Assembly (NCBI GenBank): GCA_964631235.1
Contig: CAZVZX010000013.1
Span: forward strand, 15,013 to 79,012
DNA length: 64,000 nucleotides
Direction of reading: 5' to 3'
Origin: an uncultured Planctomycetaceae bacterium
GTDB taxonomy: Bacteria; Planctomycetota; Planctomycetia; Pirellulales; Thermoguttaceae
The notes beneath the pieces were generated by a model. That model ran no database searches. It was given only the letters and a program-made list of their open reading frames with translations, and was not told where the DNA came from. Shown one piece after another: positions 17,743 through 26,997 of the stretch. The position numbers were made by a program, and so were the translations under genes. Every line of letters begins with the position of its first letter. Position 1 is the first letter of the stretch.

Positions 17743-19505
17743 ACGCGGTACGTCGCGGGCGTGCGGTTAGTCTTTTGGCGTTGTTGTTTGTCCCAATTGT
17801 CGTCGGGCTGTGCGGGTGCGGCCGGCAGGGGGCAACCGGTAGCGCCGCCGGTCGCGCTCGGGCCGAACGAGTCTATCGCGACGACTTATTTGCGTCGGCC
17901 ATCAGCAGCCTGAACGCATTGGAGGAGTTCGACGCCGGCGGATCGTTCGCCGAGGTGGTGCGACGGATGGATGTCGCGCAGAATCCGGCCAAAGCGTTGC
18001 GTCAGGCGCAGAATGATCCGCTATGGGCTACTTGGCCTCAGCCGCCGGTGCTCCGACAGATTGTTGATCGGCTGAATTTGTGGATGCAGGGGGCGTCGGC
18101 CAAAGAGGTGGAATGGAGCGTCGATCCGCTGCTCGCCGGCTTGCCCGCACCGCTGCGAGAGTTGCCTGAACTGAAACGGCTCGATGCGCTAGGGTTTGAC
18201 GACTACGACGGTTTTGCCTTGCTTGAAGCGATGTGGATGCGCGATGTGGCCCGATGGGCCCACGGCGACCGCCTCGATGATGTCAGCCGTGCAGAGTCGC
18301 TCTTCGACTGGACCGTGCGGAACATCGGCGACGATCTGACGCCCGCGGGCATCCCGAGCGATGTGCCTCAAGTTCCCTGGGAAGCGTTGTTGTACGGGCG
18401 GGGATCGGTTTGGGAGCGGGCGTGGGTCTTCATCTTGATGGCCCGGCAACTAGGGATTGAAGCTGCGGTTGTGGCGTTGACCGACGAGAGTGGCGAGACA
18501 AAGCCTTGGGCCGTTGGGGTGCTCAGCGGCGATAAAATCTATGTCTTCGATCCGGTGTTGCGTCTGCCGCTGGCCAAACGGGGCGGTGCGGCGTGGGCCG
18601 AGGGCCGTTTGCGGATTCAGCCCGCCACCCTGGCGGAACTGGCCGAAGACGACGCGGTGCTCCGCCAACACGACATCGAAGGCCCGGACGGCCGAGCGTA
18701 TCCGGTACGGTCGGAGCAACTCAAACGCGTAACCGTCTGGCTCGATGCGTCGCCGTTTTCTCTTTCAATGCGAAGCCGCTTGATCGAATTGCGGCTTACC
18801 GGAACGGATCGCGTTGTTCTCAGTGCGTCGCCATCGGCGCGGGCAGCGCGCTGGCGTGCGATTGGGCAGGTGGCCGAGGTCGGGCTGTGGGAGCTTCCGT
18901 GGCGGACATGGGAAGCCCGCCGCAAATTCACGGCTCAACAGGTCATTCAACGGTTGCTTGCACTGAGCTACTTTTACGGCGACGGCAGTTCGGTGCCGCT
19001 ACGCCGTGGCCGTCTCTTGCATTTGAAGGGCAAGCTTGTCGGAGAAGACAGCGCGTCGGGTTGGTATCAGCAAGCCCGTCCGGCCAACGAAGACTTGCGG
19101 GAAGAGTTGAGAAAGATCGTCACACAAGAGGAGAAGCGGATTGCGCAGTTGCCCGAGGACCGTCGCGCAGCAGAGATCGCGCAAATCGAGGCAATGATCA
19201 ACCTCCAGGTTCAGTTGGCGCAACGAACGAAACTCGACGCCACCTATTGGCTCGCACTCGTGGCTTACGAACGCGAGAGGTTCGCGTCGGCCAGGCATTA
19301 TCTGGAAGAGCGGGTGCTGCCAGTGGATGCCGATCGCGCGTGGACGGCGGCCGCCCGATATAACCTGGGGCGCGTGCTCGAACGATTGGAGGAAGTGCCG
19401 GCCGCAATCGAAATCTATCGCAGCGACGCCCCGGACTCGGTGCGGCCCGCGATGCGGCTCCGGGCGCAATGGCTTCAACGGGCGGCAAGTCGTGAAGGCG
19501 GCTGA
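17739..19505 (+). CDS. Probable lipoprotein with a transglutaminase-like segment and C-terminal TPR-like helices
   Basis: Its start overlaps the kdsA stop (ATGA at 17739-17742). Signal plus lipobox-like [40 protein letters not shown] resembles a transglutaminase-core segment but has Ser where the catalytic Cys is expected. The C-terminus ([21 protein letters not shown]...[23 protein letters not shown]) looks TPR-like. Confidence 0.5.
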   Translation: MNAVRRGRAVSLLALLFVPIVVGLCGCGRQGATGSAAGRARAERVYRDDLFASAISSLNALEEFDAGGSFAEVVRRMDVAQNPAKALRQAQNDPLWATWPQPPVLRQIVDRLNLWMQGASAKEVEWSVDPLLAGLPAPLRELPELKRLDALGFDDYDGFALLEAMWMRDVARWAHGDRLDDVSRAESLFDWTVRNIGDDLTPAGIPSDVPQVPWEALLYGRGSVWERAWVFILMARQLGIEAAVVALTDESGETKPWAVGVLSGDKIYVFDPVLRLPLAKRGGAAWAEGRLRIQPATLAELAEDDAVLRQHDIEGPDGRAYPVRSEQLKRVTVWLDASPFSLSMRSRLIELRLTGTDRVVLSASPSARAARWRAIGQVAEVGLWELPWRTWEARRKFTAQQVIQRLLALSYFYGDGSSVPLRRGRLLHLKGKLVGEDSASGWYQQARPANEDLREELRKIVTQEEKRIAQLPEDRRAAEIAQIEAMINLQVQLAQRTKLDATYWLALVAYERERFASARHYLEERVLPVDADRAWTAAARYNLGRVLERLEEVPAAIEIYRSDAPDSVRPAMRLRAQWLQRAASREGG

Positions 19506-19910
19506 GTTGGAATGGGCGTGCTCATTCGGAATCGGCCCGCTCAACTTGGGTAGCGGCGGCAAGCCTAGCGTCGAGGCTGCTTCGCGTTGTTCCCGTCTCG
19601 ACCGCGTGCGATTATCGCTGGGGCATGTGAGCGAATGACCTTCCGCTACCAGTGCGCTGTTCAATCTTCTTTCAGCCGTGGTCGATCCGCGCAATTCGGG
19701 GCGGGTTGCCCGCCCTCTTGCACGAAAATCGCCCCGAATCGACAATAGTGACTTCCTTCGCCGAGCGGTAAGAGTCGTCGAATCCTGCTTTCGATGCGTT
19801 AGGGCGGCGGCCGAACGGTGTTGTTTACCGTGGACGCGCGCCGAGCGGCCGGGGGCCGGCGTGGCCGCAATTCGTCGGTCAATTTTCGAAATAATGGAAA
19901 GGCGTCAGAA

Positions 19911-21125
19911 ATGCCGAGCTGTGTACTGGCTTATTCCGGTGGTTTGGACACTTCGGTGATTCTCGGTTGGCTGATCGAGCGGGGGTACGATGTACACGCG
20001 GTGTACGTCGATTTAGGGCAGCCGTGCGAAGACCGCCAGGCGATTTTGAAGAAGGCTCAAAATGTCGGGGCGAAGTCGGCCCGCATTATCGACGCCCAAG
20101 AGGAGCTTTGCCGCGATTTTGCGTTTCCGGTGATGCAATGGCAGGCCAAGTACGAGGGGGTGTATCTGCTGGGCACGTCGATTGCCCGCCCGCTGATTAC
20201 CAAGGTGTGCTTGCAAGTGGCGCGTGAAGTGGGCGCCCAGGCGTTCGCCCACGGCGCCACGGGCAAAGGCAACGATCAGTGTCGGTTCCAATTGGCGGCC
20301 GACGCGCTTCAGCCGAGCATGGCCGTAATCGCTCCGTGGCGGATCGAGGAGTTTCGTCGCCAGTTCCCCGGGCGAAGCGAGATGATCGAGTTCTGCCGCC
20401 AACGCAATATTCCGGTCAAAGCGACGGTGTCGAAGCCCTACAGTTCGGACGAGAACTGTCTGCATATCAGTTACGAGGCGGGACGGCTCGAAGACTTGTC
20501 GGTCAACGGTTGCGAGTTGGTCGAGTTCGGCATGACTGTTTCGCCACAGCAAGCACCCGATCAGCCCGAGCAGGTAACGATTGCTTTCGAATCGGGCATT
20601 CCGGTTGCTGTCAATGGGAATCGCTTGTCGGCCGCCGAGTTGGTGAAAGAACTCAATCGGATCGGCGGGCGCAACGCGATCGGACGGGTGGATATGGTCG
20701 AGAACCGCTTCGTCGGCATGAAGAGCCGCGGCGTGTACGAGGCCCCGGGCATGACCCTGCTGTACGCGGCCCATCGCATCGTCGAGCAATTGACTCTCGA
20801 CCGCGATCTGACGCATCTGCGCGATCGGCTCAGCCCCGAAGTGGCCGAAATGGTCTATTACGGCTTCTGGTATCACGCGAAGATGGACGCGCTGATGGCC
20901 ATGATTCGAGAGGCCCAAAAGCCGGTTAACGGAGAGGCAGTGCTTAGCCTCTACAAAGGGAATATCACGGTGGCCGGCCGCAGCAGCCCGAACAGCTTGT
21001 ACGACGAAGGCATCGCCACCATGGAAGGCGGCGGAAGCTACAACCAAACCGACGCGGAAGGCTTCTTGCGGATTCAAGGGCTGCCCAGTCGCGTCCAGGC
21101 TCGCGTTTGGCCGCGATCGTTCTGA
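19911..21125 (+). CDS. argG: Argininosuccinate synthase
   Basis: AYSGGLDTS PP-loop at the N-terminus when started at ATG 19911 (SD GGAAAGG). The rest reads as a typical ~400-aa ArgG (GATGKGNDQCRF, FESGIPVAVNG). The ORF opens upstream at 19818. Confidence 0.95.
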   Translation: MPSCVLAYSGGLDTSVILGWLIERGYDVHAVYVDLGQPCEDRQAILKKAQNVGAKSARIIDAQEELCRDFAFPVMQWQAKYEGVYLLGTSIARPLITKVCLQVAREVGAQAFAHGATGKGNDQCRFQLAADALQPSMAVIAPWRIEEFRRQFPGRSEMIEFCRQRNIPVKATVSKPYSSDENCLHISYEAGRLEDLSVNGCELVEFGMTVSPQQAPDQPEQVTIAFESGIPVAVNGNRLSAAELVKELNRIGGRNAIGRVDMVENRFVGMKSRGVYEAPGMTLLYAAHRIVEQLTLDRDLTHLRDRLSPEVAEMVYYGFWYHAKMDALMAMIREAQKPVNGEAVLSLYKGNITVAGRSSPNSLYDEGIATMEGGGSYNQTDAEGFLRIQGLPSRVQARVWPRSF

Positions 21126-21196
21126 CGCCGGCCGCGAGGGTGCGCTGGCAGCATATTGCGGGCGAGCAGGAGCAGGCCGCGATTCGCCCATCGTCC

Positions 21197-21438
21197 GCAG
21201 GCACAGGGCGGCAGGGCCGCCGGCCAACCGGTGCTGCCGCACCCGTGTGAAGAACCGCTCCCGTTGGTCGCTGTGGTCTTTGTCGAGAGGACAAGATACC
21301 CGCGGGCTGCGGCACAGGGCGGCAGGGCCGCCGGCCAACCGGTGCTGCCGCACCCGTGTGATAACCCGCTCCCGTTGGTCGCTGTGGTCTTTGTCGAGAG
21401 GACAAGATACCCGCGGGCTGCGGCAGGGGCGGCAGGGC
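21197..21438. repeat. Intergenic tandem repeat, 111-bp unit x ~2.2 copies
   Basis: Copy 1 (CACAGGG at 21202) and copy 2 (CACAGGG at 21313) differ at 3 of 111 positions (gaagaacc vs gataaccc). A partial third copy spans 21420-21438. Each unit contains GC-rich palindromes (GGCAG..CTGCC, GGCCGCCGGCC, TTGTCgagagGACAA). Confidence 0.9.
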
Positions 21439-21557
21439 TAATTACCGTTCTTATCATGTGGCCGCCGGCCCCTGTGCGAAATCCGCATCTGCCGGCCGCA
21501 ATCTTTTATCGGCGGGCGAAAACGACATCCGGAGCGAGTGGCAACGAGGGCGATTCA

Positions 21558-22394
21558 ATGCGAATGATGCTCATCGGCGATATCGTGGGCAGCCCGGGAC
21601 GTACGATCTGCTCGCGGGTGGTGCCGATGCTTCGCGATCGCGAAAAGCTGGATCTTGTCGTGGCGAATGCCGAGAACGCAGCGGGCGGTTCCGGCCTGAC
21701 GCCCGAGATCTACAAGACGTTGCGGCAAGCGGAAATCGACGTTCTCACGATGGGCGACCATGTTTATCGTCGTCGCGAAATCTTGCCGTTGTTGGCCACT
21801 GAGCCGATTGTGCGGCCCGCCAATTATCCGCCAGAGGCCCCGGGGCGGGCGTGGGTGGTGGCGACAACGGCTTCGGGCCATCGAGTGTTGGTGTGCTGCC
21901 TGCTCGGCCGAACGTTTATGCCGCCGGTCGATTGCCCGTTTCGAGCCGCGGATCGGCTGTTGGACGAGGCCCGTTCTGCTGCGGACGAACACAAACCCGA
22001 TAGGCCGGCGTGGGATGGACGCTTCGCGTTGGTTGATTTTCATGCGGAGGCGACCAGCGACAAACAGTTGATGGGCCGTCATCTCGACGGCCGCGTCAGC
22101 GCCGTATTGGGTACTCATACGCATGTCGCCACGGCAGATGAGCAAATCTTGCCCGGCGGAACCGCATTCCAATGCGATGTGGGCATGACTGGGCCGCACC
22201 TGAGCATTCTCGGCCGCCGAATCGATCGTGTTCGGCAAGCGGCCCTGACGTTCACTCCGACACCGTTTGAGGTCGCCAGCGGTGACGTGCGGTTGCACGG
22301 CACTGTAGTCGAGGTGGACGACTTTTCCGGCAAAGCCGTGGGAATTCGTCGGGTGACTGTCGATCTTGACGGAACGGTCACGGCGAGTCGCTGA
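21558..22394 (+). CDS. YmdB-like metallophosphoesterase (2',3'-cyclic-nucleotide phosphodiesterase family)
   Basis: MRMMLIGDIVGSPGR, VVANAENAAGGSGLT, TMGDHVY and DFHAEATSDK match the YmdB/TIGR00282 layout. SD GAGGG precedes ATG 21558. The track ORF start at 21156 reads through the tandem repeat, so I reject it. Confidence 0.85.
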   Translation: MRMMLIGDIVGSPGRTICSRVVPMLRDREKLDLVVANAENAAGGSGLTPEIYKTLRQAEIDVLTMGDHVYRRREILPLLATEPIVRPANYPPEAPGRAWVVATTASGHRVLVCCLLGRTFMPPVDCPFRAADRLLDEARSAADEHKPDRPAWDGRFALVDFHAEATSDKQLMGRHLDGRVSAVLGTHTHVATADEQILPGGTAFQCDVGMTGPHLSILGRRIDRVRQAALTFTPTPFEVASGDVRLHGTVVEVDDFSGKAVGIRRVTVDLDGTVTASR

Positions 22395-22420
22395 GCCGAA
22401 TCGACAGTGGCCGATTCGGC
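22395..22420. terminator. Hairpin between the convergent ymdB-like and trmL genes
   Basis: GCCGAATCG (22395-22403) / CGATTCGGC (22412-22420), a 9-bp perfect stem with an 8-nt loop, immediately after the ymdB-like stop. There is no U-tract. Confidence 0.4.
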
Positions 22421-22509
22421 GAAATGCGGGGATGCGACAGTTGCCTTGCTCTGCGCGATTGACCCCGACCATTCGTCAAGCGGCAGGTCGCTCGCCTGCG
22501 CCGGGGCGG

Positions 22510-22998
22510 TCAACGGATATCGGCGGCGCCGCCCAATTGACGCCACGCTTCGTAGGCGGCCACACCGACGCTGACGGCCAAGTTCAGACTGCGGACCAGC
22601 GGACGCATGGGCAATCGCAGGCAGCGTTCCGGGTAGATGTTCAATATCTCATCGGGTAGCCCGCTCGACTCGCTGCCGAACACCAATGCGTCGCCCGGCG
22701 AGAATCGGGCGTCGGTATGGGGGCGTTCGGCCTTTTTGGTGAGGAACCACATCCGTTCGGGCCGCAGCAGTGTGCAAAGCTGCTGCCAATCATCCACGAC
22801 TTGGTAGTTGAGGTGTTGCCAGTAATCGAGCCCCGCTCGGCGAATGTGCTTGCTGTCGATTACGAAGCCCAACGGACGAACCATCCAAAGTTTGGCCCCC
22901 AACGCAACGCATGTTCTTCCAGCGTTGCCCGCGTTGTAGGGAATCTCGGGCTTGTAGAGAACGATATTCAACCAAGGCTCGTCTCGTCGCTGCTCCAT
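22510..22998 (-). CDS. trmL: tRNA (cytidine/uridine-2'-O)-methyltransferase TrmL (SpoU family)
   Basis: LNIVLYKPEIPYNAGNAGRTC, RRAGLDYW, LVFGSESSGLP and RSLNLAVSVGVAAYEAWRQL align with E. coli TrmL as I recall it. ATG 22998 gives a canonical length. The ORF extends 58 codons further, to 23172. Confidence 0.85.
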   Translation of the reverse strand: MEQRRDEPWLNIVLYKPEIPYNAGNAGRTCVALGAKLWMVRPLGFVIDSKHIRRAGLDYWQHLNYQVVDDWQQLCTLLRPERMWFLTKKAERPHTDARFSPGDALVFGSESSGLPDEILNIYPERCLRLPMRPLVRSLNLAVSVGVAAYEAWRQLGGAADIR

Positions 22999-23267
22999 TG
23001 GTAATCCCTCGATACCGATTTCCGCGGGGCCATCGCGCGTTTCTGGTGATGGATTCGGTTGACGATCAAGGGCCGGCGTCATCTCTTCTTTCGGGCGGTC
23101 GGGAATTCGGGGCTGGGCGATGCATTCAGGGACGAAGCGGTTGTGATGCGCATTAGATTCGCCTGTCGTCAAAATGATGACAAACGACAGGCTTGTTTGC
23201 GGGCCAAGTTATTTCTATGTTTCGACAAGTGCATTCTGCATAACGATTTGTGAAAATGTTTCGTCTT

Positions 23268-23282
23268 TGGCACACCGATTGC
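23268..23282 (+). promoter_or_regulatory. Candidate sigma-54 promoter (perfect TGGCAC-N5-TTGC)
   Basis: TGGCACACCGATTGC on the + strand. The predicted +1 is near 23294, 86 nt upstream of ATG 23380. Confidence 0.45.
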
Positions 23283-23379
23283 GAGATATCATGATCCGTT
23301 GAGTCGAGCGAGAGGAACCCGGCCGCGGCAACCGCTCGACGTTCGAATCCCGCCCTCCCGAAGTGAAAGGAATGGAACG

Positions 23380-23715
23380 ATGAATCGCTGGACCCTTTTG
23401 TTTGTTCCGATCTGTCTGATGGGCTGGGCCGCTCAGGCCGCTGCCGATCAGTACTATCGCAGTCACTACCACGAGGTGTCTCGCCCCAATTACTACCGAT
23501 CGAGCTACGTGCAGGTCGATCGACATCATCATCCGGCGCCGGTGTGTCGTCACGTGGCGAAACCGATTCACATCTATCAACCGGCACCGGTGTTAGTCCC
23601 TCGCGTGGTGACGCCCGTGCCGGTCTATGTTGCGCCTCCGTGCGTGGCTCGCCCGCAGCCTCATGCCGGTTTCTACTATAGCCGACCGGGACTCTATTTG
23701 GGGATCGACTTCTGA
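23380..23715 (+). CDS. Small secreted His/Tyr/Pro-rich protein (111 aa), unknown function
   Basis: ATG 23380 with SD GAAAGGA. Signal peptide MNRWTLLFVPICLMGWAAQAAA. The mature part is rich in H, Y and P (DQYYRSHYHEV, VDRHHHPAP, PVPVYVAPP) and has two Cys. I recognise no family. Confidence 0.5.
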   Translation: MNRWTLLFVPICLMGWAAQAAADQYYRSHYHEVSRPNYYRSSYVQVDRHHHPAPVCRHVAKPIHIYQPAPVLVPRVVTPVPVYVAPPCVARPQPHAGFYYSRPGLYLGIDF

Positions 23716-23774
23716 TTTGTGAATCGACCGCTGCTTCGTTTTCGATCAACCGAAGACGACCGAATGTTGGTCTG

Positions 23775-23803
23775 ACCGGCTCGGTCCGAACGTCCGAGCC
23801 GGT
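23775..23803 (+). terminator. Hairpin downstream of the small secreted-protein gene
   Basis: ACCGGCTCGG (23775-23784) / CCGAGCCGGT (23794-23803), a 10-bp perfect stem with a 9-nt loop, 60 nt after the stop. There is no U-tract. Confidence 0.4.
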
Positions 23804-24297
23804 TGGGCCGGCACGTGCGGCTGAATCCTCCGTCTCGTTCGGCACAGGGTGATCGCCAGGTATCGCAACGTTCCCGTCAGCCGATCGCGACGACGAACCA
23901 AAGTGACGGGGCCGACGCAGGCCGATTCGCGGCATCTCGTGATTAGGGTCGACGCTGCGTGCAAGGCTGGGTTGAACCATGCGGCATAACCATTGATCGA
24001 GCACAGCGCCCTTGGCCAACCCGGCCCTGCATGAAGCGTATCCACGCGAGCTGCCGCGGAACGGCGATCGGGCAAAGGCAGCCCTCGCGGCCGTTCCGAG
24101 CGTCTTGCAGGGTCTAAGGCGTTTTCCCGGATTCGCAGGGCATACGCGAACAGAAAGGCCCGTCCCAACAAGGCGATAACGCTGCGTTGGGAGAGGAGCA
24201 AACGACGTTCAAATGGCAGGGCTGTGTCGGCGGCGAGGCTGCCGCAGCGGGGCGGCCCAGTGCCGCTTTCCCTGTCTTCGTCGATTGCCCGATGCGA

Positions 24298-24813
24298 TCA
24301 CTTGCCGATTTGGGCCTGCAGCGCGGCGTCTTTTTCCGAAACCTTCTCGACGAGACGGTGCTTGAACTCCGTTAGGCGTTCTTGAAGCGTCGGATTGCTC
24401 AGCGCAAGAATTTCTACCGCGAGCAGACCGGCGTTGCGAGGTCCGCCGCCGCCGACAGCGACCGTTGCTACCGGCACATCGCCGGGCATTTGCACCATCG
24501 AAAGCAACGAATCGAGCCCGCCGGCCAACTCTGTGGCGACGGGAATGCCGATCACCGGCAACGTGGTGTGTGCGGCAACTACGCCTGCCAAGTGTGCTGC
24601 GCCGCCGGCAGCGGCCAGCAAAACTTTCAGCCCTCGAGCGGCGGCCATGGTCGCGTATTGCTGAACCAGCGCCGGGGTGCGATGCGCGCTCATCACGCGC
24701 ACTTCATACGGCACGCCGAACTCTTCCAATGCGGCAGCAGCAGGCTTGATCTTGGGCCAGTCGCTGTCGCTTCCCATGATGATCGCCACAACTGGCGTAG
24801 TGCTTTCGAGCAT
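24298..24813 (-). CDS. purE: N5-carboxyaminoimidazole ribonucleotide mutase
   Basis: 171 aa. [15 protein letters not shown] and [11 protein letters not shown]. Confidence 0.95.
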   Translation of the reverse strand: MLESTTPVVAIIMGSDSDWPKIKPAAAALEEFGVPYEVRVMSAHRTPALVQQYATMAAARGLKVLLAAAGGAAHLAGVVAAHTTLPVIGIPVATELAGGLDSLLSMVQMPGDVPVATVAVGGGGPRNAGLLAVEILALSNPTLQERLTEFKHRLVEKVSEKDAALQAQIGK

Positions 24814-25185
24814 GGCTTTCGCTCCGGTAATAATAGAAGTGATCGACGGAACAGTTCGTGCTGCCGGTCGGCGGTATTATCCCGATCAAATGCCGTCGTG
24901 CAACCCTCCCCAGTCGCGCTTTCGTCGATGGTCGATCGTGGGGGGGGACAGCCAAGGCTCAATCTCGGCCTGCGCCTAGCACGTTGCGACCGTAACGTAA
25001 AGCGGCCGATAACGCACGTTCCGACCGGCTCCGTCGGTGCGATTATTGCAGGGCCGAACGGTTCGCCTGTGTGCCCCGGTGCGTTAGTGCGACCGAATTG
25101 TTTCAATCGCTTGGAGTTGCGCCCCGAGGTTCTGTGGAATGGTTACATTACACATACCCGTGCGAATGTGTCATATGGGGTTACT

Positions 25186-26391
25186 TTACTCGAAGTCAGA
25201 TACCTCTTTGTCGAGCCGATCCGTCACCACAGGCCGGCCATCGACAACGACTTGTTCGACCCGGAACGACCGGCTGTTGTCGGCTGTCGTGGGATCGACG
25301 TGGAACAGCACTAGGTCTGCGGGATCGCCGGGCGCGAAGTCCATTGCGGCACGACCGATAATCGTGCGCGGTTGGTGGCACGCAAGGCGAACGGCCTCGG
25401 CAAGCGATAGCCCGGCCGCACGCATCACTCGGGCAATTCCCACCCCGAGCGGTGCCGCCGCCCCGGCAAGAAGCTGTCGCTGGCCGGCGATGACCAACTT
25501 TCCTTCGGCGAGCAACTCAACTTCGCACAGCCCGCCACGATAGCGCCCCGGAGGCAACCCGGCTTGGGCCGCCAAGTCGCTCACCAGGAAGCAGCGATGC
25601 GGCTGTTTCGCCCGTAGAAACACCCTCAACACCTCGTCGGGCAGGTGAAATCCGTCGGCAATCAGCCCGGCGGTCAACCGATCTTCGGCCAACTGATCCC
25701 AAAGGTAGTTCGGGTGTCGCGGAAGCACGGGATGCGCGCCGTTGCCCAAATGCGTGCAAATCGACGCGCCGGCATCGACGGCGGCGAGGATCTGGTCGCG
25801 CGAGGCCGCTGTGTGGCCTAAAGCGACAACAACGCCCGCCGCGACGGCTTGCCGGATGAACTCGACCGACGACGGGTATTCCGGCGAGATCGTAATCATG
25901 CGAATCCGGTTGCCGGCCAACGTCTGCCAGCGGACGAATTCGTCCCAATCGGGCGGCCGGACGTATTCTCTCGGATGTGCCCCGCGGGGACCATCTGCGG
26001 CCGAGATGTAGGGGCCCTCAAGGTGAATTCCGGCAACCCGTCGGCCGAGCTTCGCGTCGGTTCGGCATGCTTCGTCAATCGTGCAGACGGCGTGAGCGAC
26101 CACGTCATGCGATTGAGTCGTCACTGTTGGGCAAAAGCATGTCACACCCATGCGAAGCAGTGCGTCGGCGATGGTGCGCACGTCGGCCGGACGCAATGCC
26201 GGCGAGGCGAATTCGCATCCGACACAGCCGTTGACCTGCAAGTCGCACAGGCCCGGCGCCAAGAAGGGAAGTCGGTGCGTTTCCGAATCGGAGCGAAGGT
26301 ATTCGAAGCGTTCGATCCGTTCGTCCCGCCAGTGCAGCCGCACGGGCTGGCCTGTATCGAATCGACGGCCGGTGATGGTCTGCATCGGCAT
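25186..26391 (-). CDS. nagA: N-acetylglucosamine-6-phosphate deacetylase
   Basis: DLQVNGCVGCEF, HLEGPYIS, ALGHTAAS and THLGNG. I prefer ATG 26391 (MPMQTITG); the ORF extends to 26598. Confidence 0.8.
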   Translation of the reverse strand: MPMQTITGRRFDTGQPVRLHWRDERIERFEYLRSDSETHRLPFLAPGLCDLQVNGCVGCEFASPALRPADVRTIADALLRMGVTCFCPTVTTQSHDVVAHAVCTIDEACRTDAKLGRRVAGIHLEGPYISAADGPRGAHPREYVRPPDWDEFVRWQTLAGNRIRMITISPEYPSSVEFIRQAVAAGVVVALGHTAASRDQILAAVDAGASICTHLGNGAHPVLPRHPNYLWDQLAEDRLTAGLIADGFHLPDEVLRVFLRAKQPHRCFLVSDLAAQAGLPPGRYRGGLCEVELLAEGKLVIAGQRQLLAGAAAPLGVGIARVMRAAGLSLAEAVRLACHQPRTIIGRAAMDFAPGDPADLVLFHVDPTTADNSRSFRVEQVVVDGRPVVTDRLDKEVSDFE

Positions 26392-26997
26392 CACAACAAC
26401 TTCCCCAACGTGGAAGAACAAGCGGATGTCGGCTGGTCTTGCCCTTTCGAACGATCGAGGCTCCGTCAGTGTATTCGATATGTTTGTTATCGAGAAGCAC
26501 GAGCGAGTGCGGCGGAACATCGCAGAACTTGTTGTTCTGATTTCCTCTTCAATGGCGTTGCGTGCCGCCGGACTTGCCGGGCGTACCGAATTCATCACGA
26601 TTCAGCCGCCATGATCGTATCTGGCTTGGCAAACGGGACTTGCGTCGCAAGGGATAGAATGGCCTCGGTTGTTGAACTTGATGGGCTCCCAAGCGGCGTC
26701 GGCGCGAATAGGCCCTGCCGCCGGCTCGTCGGACGGCTTCAACCGGCCGATGCGATGCCGTAAGATGCATGGATGCCCGGAACCGTCCGGCCGACGTTCG
26801 GGTCGTAGCTGTGATTCTGGGACAGAGCATTCTTCTGAGCGTTCGGATGGCGGGTTTCTCCCTGTCGGACGGAGATCACCGTCGCCGACGACGGTTAGGG
26901 ATGGGCGTTTATACCTTGCGTGCAATGGGATGACCTTCTTAATGACGAAAGAGATCATTCCATTGCGCGATCAATGTAGCGAGCGATCGAGGTTCTC

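Noticed and set aside
21146-21159. A sigma-54-like TGGCAGCATATTGC just after the argG stop.
   Set aside because: The GG-to-GC spacing is one nucleotide short of the strict consensus, and the -24 element is GGCAG.
20013-21353. A 446-aa minus-strand ORF across argG and the repeat, plus ORFs 20965..21405 and 21074..21457 with internally repeated peptides.
   Set aside because: The first is antisense to argG. The repeated peptides are simply the 111-bp DNA repeat read in open frames, with no start context or motifs.
21197-21438. A possible CRISPR array.
   Set aside because: The repeats are 111 bp long and directly abutting, with no spacers, and there are no cas genes in the window.
21156-21557. 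An N-terminal 134-codon extension of the ymdB-like ORF that would make the tandem repeat coding.
   Set aside because: YmdB-family proteins begin at the MRxxxIGD motif, which sits at ATG 21558 with its own SD. The extension has an implausible composition (RPQAQGGRAAGQPVLPHPC...).
23330-23365. A tRNA-like T-loop string, GTTCGAATCCCGCC.
   Set aside because: The flanking bases cannot form a T-stem or an acceptor stem (CGACG versus CCCGC), and no D or anticodon arms could be drawn. It lies inside the leader of the small secreted-protein gene.
23153-24201. Minus-strand ORFs 23153..24019 (288 aa) and 23746..24201 (151 aa) in the ORF-poor region around the small secreted-protein gene.
   Set aside because: Their translations are Arg/Pro/Ser-rich and low in complexity. 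The 288-aa ORF runs antisense across the better-supported 23380..23715 gene, and the 151-aa ORF overlaps it in the flanking ORF-poor stretch. Neither has an SD, a signal sequence or a motif.
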